Shown: positions 30,292 to 41,151, counted from the stretch's first letter. The stretch: DNA of 64,000 bases from Promethearchaeota archaeon (GCA_029838195.1 JALGVJ010000005.1:1-64000); one strand, 5' to 3'. Notes: a model not told the origin generated them from the letters alone. Program-made: numbers and translations.

Positions 30292-30687
30292 ATGAGAATC
30301 AAGGGAGAAAAAACACTTCAAGGGAAAGAAATTATCACATCAAGTGAGTTTTTGGATGATTTAATAAAAAGAATCGATAGCATCATTCATTTCTTGGAAT
30401 ATGAAAAGGATAATGATTTGAAATTTGCGTATCTAATTGGAGCGATTGAAGGATTAACTTTAAGATTAAATCGAGTTTGCCATGAAGAACTGATTTTTAT
30501 CGGACAAGAAAGAAAATTTAAAGAAGATCTTATAGAATTGGCGTGCGTGGAATTAAATAAAATGCAAGAAATGATAGGAAAGACTCAAGATTTAGAGATG
30601 TTAAAAACTTCCTTATTGAACAATCTTTTTTCTCTAAAGAATCAGTTGAAAATCCATGTTTCTTTAAAATGTTTAGAGGATTTATGA
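30292..30687 (+). CDS. Hypothetical protein
   Basis: 131-aa helical ORF. Confidence 0.6.
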   Translation: MRIKGEKTLQGKEIITSSEFLDDLIKRIDSIIHFLEYEKDNDLKFAYLIGAIEGLTLRLNRVCHEELIFIGQERKFKEDLIELACVELNKMQEMIGKTQDLEMLKTSLLNNLFSLKNQLKIHVSLKCLEDL

Positions 30688-30712
30688 AGGATCTTTGTTA
30701 TAAAAGCTTTAT

Positions 30713-31171
30713 TCACAACGTTAAAGCTTGCAATCGAGCATATCCTTTTTTAATGAAATCATAATCCAAAAGTTCAATTTTTTCCGGAATGATTTTCAAG
30801 ATTAATTTACATTTTCTTTTAATACATTTTTTAGCATCCTTAAAGCCGGGATCCCCTTCTTCCAAGAAAATCAATCTTTCTTTTCCGGAGGCCGTGATTT
30901 GCATTCCTTGAATCTTTCCAGAATCCATGGGCGTGTAAATTCCTATACTTACGATGGGATTTTTTTTTATGTTTTCTACTTTTCTTCCGGGTGTTGGGCA
31001 TATATAAAGGGTGAAATCACTGCTATTTTTCTCCATATAGAAGTCCATGGGAGTGGCTCTTGGAATATTATCTGAACAGGTACATAAAACAAGTACTTTC
31101 CTTGCATTCAAGAAATTTCGGATTTCTTGGATTAATTCCTCCTTGGGCATTTTTTTATTCATTATTTTCAA
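30713..31171 (-). CDS. Pyridoxamine 5'-phosphate oxidase-like flavin-binding protein
   Basis: VLCTC..NIPRATPM...KVENIKKNP.VS. Confidence 0.8.
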   Translation of the reverse strand: MKIMNKKMPKEELIQEIRNFLNARKVLVLCTCSDNIPRATPMDFYMEKNSSDFTLYICPTPGRKVENIKKNPIVSIGIYTPMDSGKIQGMQITASGKERLIFLEEGDPGFKDAKKCIKRKCKLILKIIPEKIELLDYDFIKKGYARLQALTL

Positions 31172-31328
31172 TCTAAATAGAATTTTTTTTATTTAACACT
31201 TCAAGTAAAACTTGAGTGCAAGTATTTTTAAAAATATATTAATATTTCCATGCTCATGAATTAGAAAGAAAACTGAACAGGAAAATAAAGCTTTAAAAGG
31301 AAAATAAAAGTAAAATCTCAATGAATAT

Positions 31329-32420
31329 TTAATGTGCGGGAAGTTCCGATTCTGCGTTCATAGCGTGATATACATAAGGAGAAATGGGACCTTTTCCTAA
31401 AACTAAAATTCGAATTCTCCGACCGAAATTTGGATCAATGGTATTTCCAAATTTCAACTGGGCTTTTTCAGGGATTTCTTCGGAGATGCTAGAAATTATT
31501 TTATTTACCTTTGATAATGACAAGCGATGATTACCGGTAATGGAAACTATACAATTTTCTATTTTTTTAATATCAGGTTGTAATAAAGGATTATTCAATG
31601 CTAGTTTTGCCTTGGTAACCAAATCTTTTTCACGTCCGAGTGACTCTGTAATTCCTATTAAACCGGAAGGATATTTTCCATTTCGCATGAATACTTTTTT
31701 GATGTCTGCATAATCAATATTTACGAGACCACAATTATTTATCAAATTAACTACTTCCCGGATGCTCTTTACCAAGATTTCATCCATGATTTTAAAACAC
31801 GTTAATAAAGGCGCTCGGGGCAAAAAATGAAGCAAGTTATCGTTAGGAAAAGGAATTAAAGAATCCGCGAATTTAGCCAAATTTCTCAGTCCCCATTTAG
31901 CTCTCATCCTTCTTTGTGCTCCTTCAGACCTGAAAGGAATGGAGCAGAAACCAACGACAATCGCATGAAGTCGTTTTGCTTCTCTTGCAATAATAGGCGC
32001 TGCGCCCGTTCCCGTGCCTCCTCCCAATCCACAAGTAATGAACACGATATCGGGAGCATTCGATTCGAAAATTTCTCTTATTCTATGGGAATCTTCTTCT
32101 GCAGCTTCTTTTCCTAAAATGGGATCATTACCTGAGCCTAATCCATTACATCGTTCTTTTCCAATTAATAATTTGTAATTGCTATTTGAATGAAATAAAT
32201 CATGAGCATCCGTGTTAATATTTAAGGTTTCTGCATTTTCTATTCCAATTTCTTGCAATCTAGAGACGGTATTGTTTCCAGCGCCTCCCACGCCTACGAT
32301 TAAGCTTTTTACTTTCAGATTTTTTAATAATTCCATTAAATATTCATCACTATCAAAGGTATCTCTAGCCCTTGCTATTTGATTAAAATAAGATTGTTCA
32401 GGTTCCATATTCCACTCCAT
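31329..32420 (-). CDS. ftsZ: FtsZ family GTPase (divergent)
   Basis: GVGGAGNN, INTD, GLGSG.DP..G, GLGGGTGTGAAP, PF.SEG, T7 loop GLVNIDYAD. Confidence 0.92.
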   Translation of the reverse strand: MEWNMEPEQSYFNQIARARDTFDSDEYLMELLKNLKVKSLIVGVGGAGNNTVSRLQEIGIENAETLNINTDAHDLFHSNSNYKLLIGKERCNGLGSGNDPILGKEAAEEDSHRIREIFESNAPDIVFITCGLGGGTGTGAAPIIAREAKRLHAIVVGFCSIPFRSEGAQRRMRAKWGLRNLAKFADSLIPFPNDNLLHFLPRAPLLTCFKIMDEILVKSIREVVNLINNCGLVNIDYADIKKVFMRNGKYPSGLIGITESLGREKDLVTKAKLALNNPLLQPDIKKIENCIVSITGNHRLSLSKVNKIISSISEEIPEKAQLKFGNTIDPNFGRRIRILVLGKGPISPYVYHAMNAESELPAH

Positions 32421-32611
32421 ATTTTATCTCTTTTTCCACTATATTACTAAAAGAATATTAGAATAATATAAATCAGTGATATCGAGATATTATTTCATGG
32501 GGGAAGGGAAGAAAACTAAATATTTTTTTTCGTGATATTAATGAGAAAAAAAAGAAAATGAATTGATTTTTAAGGAAAAATTTTCATGAGTATAATAACC
32601 GGAGGGATTAA

Positions 32612-32851
32612 ATGGAAGTTAATTTTAACAAGGAAAAAAGCTCAAACGCATTGGATCGTGAAAAACTCGATGCAGATATCATTAAAGTTAAAGCCCACCT
32701 CACGTGTCCTTATTGTGGCTATAAAAAATCTTTTAAAAACAAATTTATTCGCTCTAATATGGAACAAATGGTAGTCTCCTTAAAAATATTTGATTGGATG
32801 ACATGTACCTGTGGAGAGCTTCTTATTTTAAATTTAGAATTTGAAATTTGA
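32612..32851 (+). CDS. Small Zn-finger protein
   Basis: CPYCG...CTCG; SD GGAGG. Confidence 0.75.
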   Translation: MEVNFNKEKSSNALDREKLDADIIKVKAHLTCPYCGYKKSFKNKFIRSNMEQMVVSLKIFDWMTCTCGELLILNLEFEI

Positions 32852-32917
32852 GATTCAATTATTAAATATTAATGAAGATAAAATTATTTTATTTTCTTGG
32901 TTCTTTTTTATCGTCCG

Positions 32918-34225
32918 TTAAATATTAATTTTGATTTCTCCATAAGTTCCCCCTCCTCCTGGTAAATATTCTATTTCATCCTTTCTAAAAGCATTAATAA
33001 TTAAAGCTATTTTTTCGTTATATTTTTGAATTTCTTGAATATCTAAATCAATAAGAACATGAAATTCAGGGCCAAGTTTCTTAATAATCTCATCATACAT
33101 CTTTTTAATGGTTTTAGTAGAAGTACTTTTTATTCCTTTCACGGCACGAATGATATCAATTAAAGGAATCGCATTAATATAAGGTGGGCGATGAGGAGGA
33201 TGTTGAGGGGTTTTAGTGGAGGATAATATTTCTATTCGTTCACTCACGCCTAATCGAATTTTATAAGATTTTCCCACTTGTTCCTTACAAGCTGGACAAA
33301 TAACTTTATTTCGAGAAACTTGATTGATATATTCTGCTCTAGATTTTTCAGGATTCTCAGAGAAATAAGTTATAAAATCGTGCGTGATTTGATAATTAGA
33401 GAACGGTAAGATAGTGGAAGTTATGTTTTTCTTGAATAAAACTCTTCGACGACATTTCGAGCAGAACATGTTATAATATTTACCTAATTTAGGATGAAGG
33501 CCAACATTTAATATTATTCTCCTTTCATTCTTTCTCCTCAAAGCCAATTCAATTTCTTCAAAAGAAGGATGTTCTATTTCGAACTGATTGAACTCTCGTC
33601 CAAGGGAGCGGGGATGTTCTGAATGGGCATCACTATTACTAAGAAAAGAGACGTCTTTTAAACATCCTAATCTATCTGCTAAATCTGTATTTGCAGACAA
33701 TCCTAATTCAAGAAAAAATACTTTTTTTATAGAATCTTGGTAGCATTTTTCTAAGGTTTCATATCTATCTTGTCTAAAAATAGCTTTAAAAGGAGTGAAC
33801 GCATGAGCCGGTCCAATAATAGCACCATGCTCATCTAACATATCAACTAATTCGGGAGGAGTTAGGTTTACCCGAGGTCGTCCACCCCATTCATTTAGGA
33901 TGTTTTTTGAATGAGGCTTTAATTCATCTTGAATTTCTTTCACGCTGTTAAAATCGGGAAAAAAGACAATATGATGGATTGATTCCGAATCCTCAATTTC
34001 AGTTTGCAGGATAAAATAGATATTTTTATACACGAGACCATAATTTTCCCTTTTAAGATTATTTTCCATGTATTTTTGCCAATTCGGTTGTAATATGTCT
34101 CCCGTTCCCACGATATTTAATCCTTTATGCCGACACGTAGCTACGATGGTATCTAAATTCATGGTTTTTGATACGGCTATGGAATGAGGACCATGAATAT
34201 GAAGATCCGCTTTATATATTTTCAT
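32918..34225 (-). CDS. Endonuclease Q-like PHP domain protein
   Basis: DLHIH, GTGD, PAHAFTP, ELGLS, SNSDAHS, LGRE, GKY + CxxC...CxxC, GV.ERI, PGGGG.YG. Confidence 0.9.
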   Translation of the reverse strand: MKIYKADLHIHGPHSIAVSKTMNLDTIVATCRHKGLNIVGTGDILQPNWQKYMENNLKRENYGLVYKNIYFILQTEIEDSESIHHIVFFPDFNSVKEIQDELKPHSKNILNEWGGRPRVNLTPPELVDMLDEHGAIIGPAHAFTPFKAIFRQDRYETLEKCYQDSIKKVFFLELGLSANTDLADRLGCLKDVSFLSNSDAHSEHPRSLGREFNQFEIEHPSFEEIELALRRKNERRIILNVGLHPKLGKYYNMFCSKCRRRVLFKKNITSTILPFSNYQITHDFITYFSENPEKSRAEYINQVSRNKVICPACKEQVGKSYKIRLGVSERIEILSSTKTPQHPPHRPPYINAIPLIDIIRAVKGIKSTSTKTIKKMYDEIIKKLGPEFHVLIDLDIQEIQKYNEKIALIINAFRKDEIEYLPGGGGTYGEIKINI

Positions 34226-34318
34226 GAATTGATTGAAAACTACGTGAATGTATAATTTATTTTAAAATATCTTGAACAAATAAAAAGAAGGCCTTTATTT
34301 AAAATCATGGAAAAAAAT

Positions 34319-35161
34319 CTAACTCAAAATGATTTTCTTTAACTTTAAATATAGTCGAGTTAATTTTTTTCTTGCTAAATCATTATTCGGATTAATTTCT
34401 AATACTTTTTCAAAGTATTCAATTGCTTTTTCAAATTTTTTTATTCTTTTGTAAAGTAAGCCAAGAAAATACAATATTTCTTCATTATTCGGTTCTAAAA
34501 TTAATGCTTTTTCGAAATAATAGATGGCTTTTTCATGATCTCGTAGGTCTTTATATAATAAGGCCACATCCAACCAATTCAGCACGTCATCGGGATTCAT
34601 TTCTAATACTTTCTCATGATACTGAATGGCTTTATTAATTTCGCCCATCTCATGATAAATAATAGCCAAATTCTTTTGTAGATAATCCGCATCCGGATCT
34701 ATTTTTATGGCTAACTTCATGAAGCGAATAGCTTGTTCATATTCTCTTTTATCTTTATATAATAACGCTAAATTGTTTAAAGCATCAAAATTTGAAGGAT
34801 CTAATTCAAAAGCTCGCTTATAATAATCAATAGCCCCATCAAATTGTTTGTTATCTTCCAAAGAGTATCCTAGATTATAAAGTATGGTAGCGTCATCAGG
34901 ATTTAATTCGAGGGCTTTACGATAACATTCTATCGCCTTATCATGATTGGATAAATAAGAATACGTGAGACCCAACGAATTCCACACGTCTTCGAAAAAC
35001 GGATAAATTTCCAAAGCTTTTTTATAACATTCGATGGCTTTATTATATTCTTTATTATCAAAAAAAGCATCTCCGAGGTTGATCCATAGATTTACATCCT
35101 TCGGATCACTTTCAAGCGATTTTTGGTATTTTTTAATCATCGTAGTGTCTATTATTAACAT
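34319..35161 (-). CDS. Tetratricopeptide repeat protein
   Basis: About 7 consecutive 34-aa TPR repeats (W.NLG...A...Y.KALE..P). Confidence 0.93.
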   Translation of the reverse strand: MLIIDTTMIKKYQKSLESDPKDVNLWINLGDAFFDNKEYNKAIECYKKALEIYPFFEDVWNSLGLTYSYLSNHDKAIECYRKALELNPDDATILYNLGYSLEDNKQFDGAIDYYKRAFELDPSNFDALNNLALLYKDKREYEQAIRFMKLAIKIDPDADYLQKNLAIIYHEMGEINKAIQYHEKVLEMNPDDVLNWLDVALLYKDLRDHEKAIYYFEKALILEPNNEEILYFLGLLYKRIKKFEKAIEYFEKVLEINPNNDLARKKLTRLYLKLKKIILS

Positions 35162-35507
35162 ATGAATCTACCAAGATTAATTTATCCAAGAATCTAAAGA
35201 TCTAAGAAATTATTAAAATTCACGTTCATTGAATTAAAAATAGCAAGGGAGAATTAAAAAAATTAGAATAGAAACAAGAAAAAATCGAATAAAAATTATA
35301 ATTATCATTTTTTCAAGAAGCCAATTTTTTCTGTCAAATTGGATCCTTCGAAAAATCTATAAGTTAGATAAAACCGACAAACGTAAGGAGAGACTTTTAT
35401 AAAGAATAAAAATTTAAAAAGATATTAAACCATTACTTAAATAAGATTAAAATTAAAGAAATTATATACATGAGAACATTCTTAAATTAAACGTCCATTC
35501 ATGAAAA

Positions 35508-35873
35508 ATGACCCCTCCCATAGATTTCGAGGCTATCATTAATGATTTATTGGAAAAATGCAATCCCCTCATCTATTTCATCATAGTCTCTAGTCTTAAT
35601 GGAGTGGTATTGAATTCTAGAATCAATGAAGAGGAATTCAATAAAGCCTCCATTAGTTTAGACGTATCTCAATTATACGACATTAGCAAGGATGTCGTGG
35701 ATAAAATTGGCTTACAGCAACCGGAATTTACTATAATCCATTCAGATAATTATTATCTTTTATCCATCCGAATTTTAAATTATTTGTTAACCATTCTCTC
35801 CCTTGATGTGATTGATGTCAACACGGTTTTTCAAATCATCAATGACCATGTAGCGCCCTCTCAAGAATCTTAA
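35508..35873 (+). CDS. Roadblock/LAMTOR-like small protein (divergent)
   Basis: 121 aa with helix, then FIIVSSLNGVVLNS, helix, EFTIIHSDNYYLL topology. Confidence 0.6.
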   Translation: MTPPIDFEAIINDLLEKCNPLIYFIIVSSLNGVVLNSRINEEEFNKASISLDVSQLYDISKDVVDKIGLQQPEFTIIHSDNYYLLSIRILNYLLTILSLDVIDVNTVFQIINDHVAPSQES

Positions 35874-36006
35874 TTTTAACCTCATGAAGAGAAACGTTTT
35901 ACTATTCTTTTTAAAGTTGTTAAGTTTTCTTCTCCTCACGATTATTGGTCTATAGAAGTCTTTTATTGTTTTCTTAATAGTTTTATAATAATAAATAATG
36001 AGGTGA

Positions 36007-36531
36007 ATGGATTTTATGAAATATGAAAAAAATCAATATTCCGAAGGCATATCAATATGTGGTTTGATCTTGGCGGGAGCTTTCATTTTTTGGGGTGTAA
36101 ACACGTTAACTAGGCCAAGAGCTTCGTGGTTGGGGTTATGGTGGTTAGGCTTCTTATGGCTAGGCATCGGATTAAGCATCTTGGCAGGAGAAATTCGTTC
36201 TATGTTAAATCGAGGAAAACTACGCAACGTAGTGAAAACGGAATTCATTCAAAATCCAAATGCTACGGTGGAAGAAATTGTTAAAAATACGGGTATATCT
36301 GAAAAAGACGTGAAAGCAATCATTTTAGACTTAAAAGCTTCAGGAGAATTAGTGGGAATCTTTTCTCCCGAAACGGGGAAATTAGAAAAAGCACGCGTTC
36401 TACCTGCACGACAAGAAGTCATTATTGAGAAAAATCCAGGAAATGAGATCGGAAAATTTTGTTCAAATTGTGGGACGCCTGTCATGAAGGAGGGAACGAT
36501 ATATTGTTCTTATTGCGGTTCAAAATTATAA
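36007..36531 (+). CDS. Two-TM membrane protein with wHTH-like domain and C-terminal zinc ribbon
   Basis: Two TM segments; ATVEEIVKNTGISEKDVKAIILDLKASGEL; CSNCG...CSYCG. Confidence 0.82.
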   Translation: MDFMKYEKNQYSEGISICGLILAGAFIFWGVNTLTRPRASWLGLWWLGFLWLGIGLSILAGEIRSMLNRGKLRNVVKTEFIQNPNATVEEIVKNTGISEKDVKAIILDLKASGELVGIFSPETGKLEKARVLPARQEVIIEKNPGNEIGKFCSNCGTPVMKEGTIYCSYCGSKL

Positions 36532-36744
36532 TTTTTATTTTAATACATCTTAAAGCGAGAGCATATCCGAAATTTCCCGCCTTTTTTCTCTTTCCCCTTT
36601 TTTATTCACGTTTTCACGTGATAGAATTTTTAAGGTTCATTTTTATCTTTTTTATAGGTTATAGATTTTTAAAAAATATTTTACTCATGAATTTATAAAA
36701 AAATAAATACATGATAAGATATTATTAAAATTGGTGAATCTTGT

Positions 36745-37293
36745 ATGGTAAGATATAAAGAAAATATGTACACGCAAGGAGTATCTATTTGCTGCTTGAT
36801 AATCGCAGGAGGCTTGATCTTATTTGGTTTTTTAGGCCCATTTCCCATTAGTTTGATAACGTCAATCATTGGCATTATCATTATTCTCAGTCAAATTTAT
36901 AGAATTTCTGCAAGAAGTAAATTAAGACAAGTAGTAAAGAATGAATTCTTGATGAATCCGAAAACCACGGTGAGGGATATTTGTAATTCCACGGGCATAA
37001 CGGAGAAAGATGTTCGCGCAATCATTTTAGATTTAAAAGCATCGGGAGAATTAATGGGAAAATTTTCAAGCTCAACGGGTATGTTGGAGGAAGCTTTCAT
37101 CACAAATAAGCAAAAACGCCTAGCTCAAAAACCAGCTGCTATACATTCAGTATCATCCACTCAAGCACCAGCACAAATAGCCACTCCAGAAATACCCCTT
37201 GCTGAAGTCCAACAACGTTATTGTCCTGGATGTGGAACATTAGTTGCCCAAGATGCTAAATTTTGTGAATTTTGTGGAACTGAACTGAATTAA
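36745..37293 (+). CDS. Paralog of 36007-36531 (TM, wHTH-like, zinc ribbon)
   Basis: Shared Y..N.Y..G.SIC.LI.AG and EKDV.AIILDLKASGEL.G.FS..TG.LE; CPGCG...CEFCG. Confidence 0.82.
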   Translation: MVRYKENMYTQGVSICCLIIAGGLILFGFLGPFPISLITSIIGIIIILSQIYRISARSKLRQVVKNEFLMNPKTTVRDICNSTGITEKDVRAIILDLKASGELMGKFSSSTGMLEEAFITNKQKRLAQKPAAIHSVSSTQAPAQIATPEIPLAEVQQRYCPGCGTLVAQDAKFCEFCGTELN

Positions 37294-37380
37294 CTTTAAA
37301 AATTTATTTTCTTTTTATCGTGATTATAAAAAGAAGGAAAGTTAAAATACAATTAGAAAAAAAAAAATACGGCAATTTTT

Positions 37381-38349
37381 TTAGGGAGGGTATCTCAATT
37401 CATAGATACTCTTTCCTCCATTAAGAGGTCCCTTTAAATAAGGCTCGATTTCTTTTGGATCTCTTTGCGTGATGCCCTCGATAGGGGGTAATTTTCCGGG
37501 AGGAAACGTCTTTAAAATATCATTAACGAGTCTCTCGAGGTAATCTAAAAAGGCTTCCATTCCGGGTTTCCCTTTTTCAAATGATGCCTTACTTGGACAT
37601 CCCACGTGCCCTTCAGGATACGCAGAAACTTCGATTGGGCCAAATCCTACTTGTCCATACCATTTAATCGGATAATTATAAACATTGCCCGCTTTATCCA
37701 CGTGTCCCTCAGGCATCCAGCCTTGAACTTCATTGTCTTCACTAGAATCAATTTTTTTAATCATTTCAGGAAATAAAGTCATGGAAAAGGACGTTTCTGC
37801 CTCATCCGCATGAATGAAAGGCGTTTCAAAAGGTCCACCGTGTGCCTTATCCTTACAATACTCGGGAATCGCATGGTACCAATTTACGTTGCAAATCAAC
37901 ATTGGGAGTTGATATTTTTTAGCGAATTCATGAATAGCAGAAGGAATGACGTATTCTTGTCCATGGCCATTAAGTAAGATCATTTTTCGAAATCCCATAT
38001 TCCAACAACCTGCCATGACCGCCCGCACGAGTCCTTTAAAGATTTCTTCTGGAACTACAATTGTTCCTGGCATGCCTAAGTGGTGATATGGGTGAGAGCC
38101 ATACCATGTTGGCTGTGTAACAGTACAACCGGTTTTCTGTGCCACTAATTCGGCCATTCGGGTGACTAAAAAAGTGTCCTCACCAATGCAAGCAGCAGGA
38201 CCATGATTTTCTGTGGAGCCAAGGGGAATGATGATGACATCATTTTTCTTTACTCGTTCTCTTATTTCAGCGATACTCATATTTTGGAGATAAATTCCAT
38301 CCGGGAGGTCCATGTGTCCGCCTTTAGGAGGCAAGTTCCAATCCGTCAT
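37381..38349 (-). CDS. iolN: Creatininase family; 3-dehydro-scyllo-inosose hydrolase-like
   Basis: PLGSTENHG, GED, YGSHPYHHLGMPGT, NGHGQE, FIHADEAETS; context with iolM/iolO/iolG; start at the ATG at 38349 after GGTGA. Confidence 0.85.
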   Translation of the reverse strand: MTDWNLPPKGGHMDLPDGIYLQNMSIAEIRERVKKNDVIIIPLGSTENHGPAACIGEDTFLVTRMAELVAQKTGCTVTQPTWYGSHPYHHLGMPGTIVVPEEIFKGLVRAVMAGCWNMGFRKMILLNGHGQEYVIPSAIHEFAKKYQLPMLICNVNWYHAIPEYCKDKAHGGPFETPFIHADEAETSFSMTLFPEMIKKIDSSEDNEVQGWMPEGHVDKAGNVYNYPIKWYGQVGFGPIEVSAYPEGHVGCPSKASFEKGKPGMEAFLDYLERLVNDILKTFPPGKLPPIEGITQRDPKEIEPYLKGPLNGGKSIYELRYPP

Positions 38350-38470
38350 ATATTTTAATTTCACCTTTTTTTTTAATTAGGCTTATGAAACAAAATTTTT
38401 CATTACGATTAAACTTTTTAAATAATTTCATGTTAATTTTTTCTAAATAGTAAAATCTATAAAAATTATC

Positions 38471-39295
38471 ATGAAATTAAGTATAGTTGCCTCATTAAAT
38501 GAGAATAGGCTTATTCAAGATGAAATATATAAAAAATTTACTTCTATAGTGGATTTTTTAAAATCACTATTATATGATGGAATAGAATTAAGTTTATTAG
38601 AACCTGAAAAAATTGATACGAATAAGATAGTGGAAATTTTAGAATCCCGGGACATGGAGATCTCCGCTTTGGGTACGGGGAGCACGTTCATCCGATTTGG
38701 ATATTCTTTAGGACATCATGAAGAGTCCATCCGGAAGAAAGCGATTGAACGGGTGGGAGAATTCATCAAATTCGCAAAAGAAACTAATTCAAAAGTCATC
38801 ATTGGTTTGATTCGTGGGAGGTATGCTCATGAAAGCAATCCGAAGAAAGAACGAGTAAATATCGAATCTTCTTTAAAGGAATGTTGTAGAATGGCCGAAA
38901 TATATGATGTTGAGCTTCTTTTTGAACCCATCAACAGTTTTGAAATTGATTCGTACAATACCATTTCAGAATCAGTCAATCTGATTGAAAAAATAGGTTC
39001 TGATAATTTACGATTGTTAATCGACTCATTTCACACGTATTTGGAAGAAGATCCGGGGTTTATTTGGGATTATCTTAAGAAGGTTGCTCCTTTAGTTTCC
39101 CACGTCCATTTAGCGGATAGCACGAGAAGAGCACCTGGTTCGGGTCATTTTGATTTTAAAACCTTTTTAAGTACCTTCATTCACGCAGGATATAAAGGGT
39201 ATGCTTCAATTGAAACGATCATGAAACCCTCTTTCGAAGAGGTCGCTCGATCTTCCATGGATTTTCTAAGCCTCTTATTAAAATCCATTAAATAA
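38471..39295 (+). CDS. iolO: Sugar phosphate isomerase/epimerase; 5-keto-L-gluconate epimerase-like
   Basis: YDGIEL, ALGTG, VIIGLIRG, EPIN.FE, D.FH, HVHLADS.R.APGSGHFDF. Confidence 0.8.
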   Translation: MKLSIVASLNENRLIQDEIYKKFTSIVDFLKSLLYDGIELSLLEPEKIDTNKIVEILESRDMEISALGTGSTFIRFGYSLGHHEESIRKKAIERVGEFIKFAKETNSKVIIGLIRGRYAHESNPKKERVNIESSLKECCRMAEIYDVELLFEPINSFEIDSYNTISESVNLIEKIGSDNLRLLIDSFHTYLEEDPGFIWDYLKKVAPLVSHVHLADSTRRAPGSGHFDFKTFLSTFIHAGYKGYASIETIMKPSFEEVARSSMDFLSLLLKSIK

Positions 39296-39397
39296 TCATT
39301 TTTACTTTTTTACTCGTAAACATTTTGGATGATAAGAATAAAAAATTTATCCCATTATTGAAAGGCTTTTTAAGTATCGTTTTTTTAATCTTTTGGT

Positions 39398-40576
39398 TCA
39401 GTCTAATTTCGTGGAGATTTTACAATGTTCTCGAGCGGTTTGCAATAACTTAAGATTCTCTTTCACATCATTCAGAGTAATCTCTTTGGTTATCATGGGT
39501 GTCATATCCATACCGGTCGCCATGCAACTGATCACGTTAGGAAAGGTTCCGTGACCACTATGTCCTTGAGCCCCCACGATGCGCGCTCGTTTCACTTGGA
39601 AATATTCTCCACAAACGGGCATTCTCTGTTCGGCTCGAGCCACAATGACGACAGTGCTATTTACATTCTTACATTCCCAGATTGCGTTTTGAATGTCTTC
39701 AATTACCACTCGAGGTAAGCCCGTTGCTTCTAAGTATAAGGCGGCCCCTTCGTTATCCGTGTATTCCTTGACTTTCTCAACAAAATTTTCTTTCATGGGA
39801 TTAATTATGTAATCTGCACCCATTTTTTTTGCTAAGTGAGCTCGATGCTCGTTAGGCTCTGAGACGATGCAAACTGCAGCACCTCCTCGTTTCAATATTT
39901 TTGTAGCAGCTATTCCAATGGGACCAGCCCCTAAAATTACTACATTCTCTCCCGGGCGGATACCACCTCCTCGCTCAATAACTGCATTATATGCAACAGA
40001 AGTAGGTTCTACTAAACTCCCTATTTTAAAAATATCATCATATTTTCCCTCTAATTTTTTCAAACTCCAACATAGTTTCGCCGGCACAGCAATATATTCT
40101 GCAAAAGCGCCATCAATAGAAAACCCTATTTCTTGAAGCCGCTCGCAATGGTTCGGATAGCCATCGCAGCATGGCTTGCACTCTCCACACCACACCATTT
40201 CTTCCACGGTAACGGGTTCTCCGATTTCATAGGGCTTTCCTGTCCTTTTATTGAAGGCCTTTTCCCCTGCCTTAATAATTTCGCCTGAAAATTCATGACC
40301 CAACGTTACGGGAAAGGCCGTGAGTCCCGGATAATAAATGTAGCCATCATCATAAGTCTGTACCATGTGCACATCAGAACCGCAAATACCACAGCGTTTA
40401 ACTTTTATCAATACCTCGTTAGGCTTGATCTCGGGAATCTTCTTTTCCACGATTTCAACGGACGGATTTCTCCAAACTAATGAGCCCAAATACGTTAATT
40501 TTCCTTCAATATCTTTCGGTCCTAATTTATATTCTGGCTTAGGATCCCACTCCGCTCGCAACTCCACGGCTTTCAT
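39398..40576 (-). CDS. iolM: Zn-dependent dehydrogenase; scyllo-inosose 3-dehydrogenase-like
   Basis: CGICGSD, GHE, EEM.WCG.C.PC..G.PNHC, GAGPIG, GAQGHSGHGTFP; N-terminal A.W.P.P.Y extension. Confidence 0.85.
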   Translation of the reverse strand: MKAVELRAEWDPKPEYKLGPKDIEGKLTYLGSLVWRNPSVEIVEKKIPEIKPNEVLIKVKRCGICGSDVHMVQTYDDGYIYYPGLTAFPVTLGHEFSGEIIKAGEKAFNKRTGKPYEIGEPVTVEEMVWCGECKPCCDGYPNHCERLQEIGFSIDGAFAEYIAVPAKLCWSLKKLEGKYDDIFKIGSLVEPTSVAYNAVIERGGGIRPGENVVILGAGPIGIAATKILKRGGAAVCIVSEPNEHRAHLAKKMGADYIINPMKENFVEKVKEYTDNEGAALYLEATGLPRVVIEDIQNAIWECKNVNSTVVIVARAEQRMPVCGEYFQVKRARIVGAQGHSGHGTFPNVISCMATGMDMTPMITKEITLNDVKENLKLLQTAREHCKISTKLD

Positions 40577-41151
40577 GCTTTTATTTTCACTCTCTTTTTC
40601 TTTTTATTCTTTTTAGATATTTTATTTTTTTATAGGCATGCAAAATTCATATATTCTTATTGGTACAAAAAGTTTATTAAAAATCAATATACTCAAAAAG
40701 TTTTAAATTGGAAAGAAATAATTAATCATGTTCTAATTAATTATCTCTCAAATTAAATGCATTTTAGAAAAAAAATTTCTATTCTTTATCTTTTAAAAAT
40801 TTTACGATTTAAAATGAGAGTATTTTTAAGTTTTTACTTTTAACGAATCTTAAAAATCTTCAATAATGCTCCGATGTAAAGCGTAGCCATCACCTCTTGA
40901 GTTTTGTCGAAAAGCGAGTGATCTCATTGTACAATGGGTTAAAGCTTTCTTATATAGAAATGGCATAAAAATAATCATTTTTACAGAGTGTACCTTCTAT
41001 GATTGAATTCGACATGATTTAAGATGGGATAGAGCACATTTTTATCGATTATTGATAAATGATGTTTAAAGTTCCATCAATTATGGAGAATCAAAAATAA
41101 GCCTAAAAAATAAAGACAAAAAAAAATAATGAAAATAAAAAAATGAATAAA

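Noticed and set aside
38383-38403. ATGAAA-N7-TTTCAT inverted repeat between iolN and iolO as a possible operator
   Set aside because: AT-rich background and not clearly repeated at the other iol promoters
40860-41060. GC-richer patch between iolM and the MFS gene (ncRNA or gene remnant)
   Set aside because: No convincing fold, box motifs or recognisable peptide
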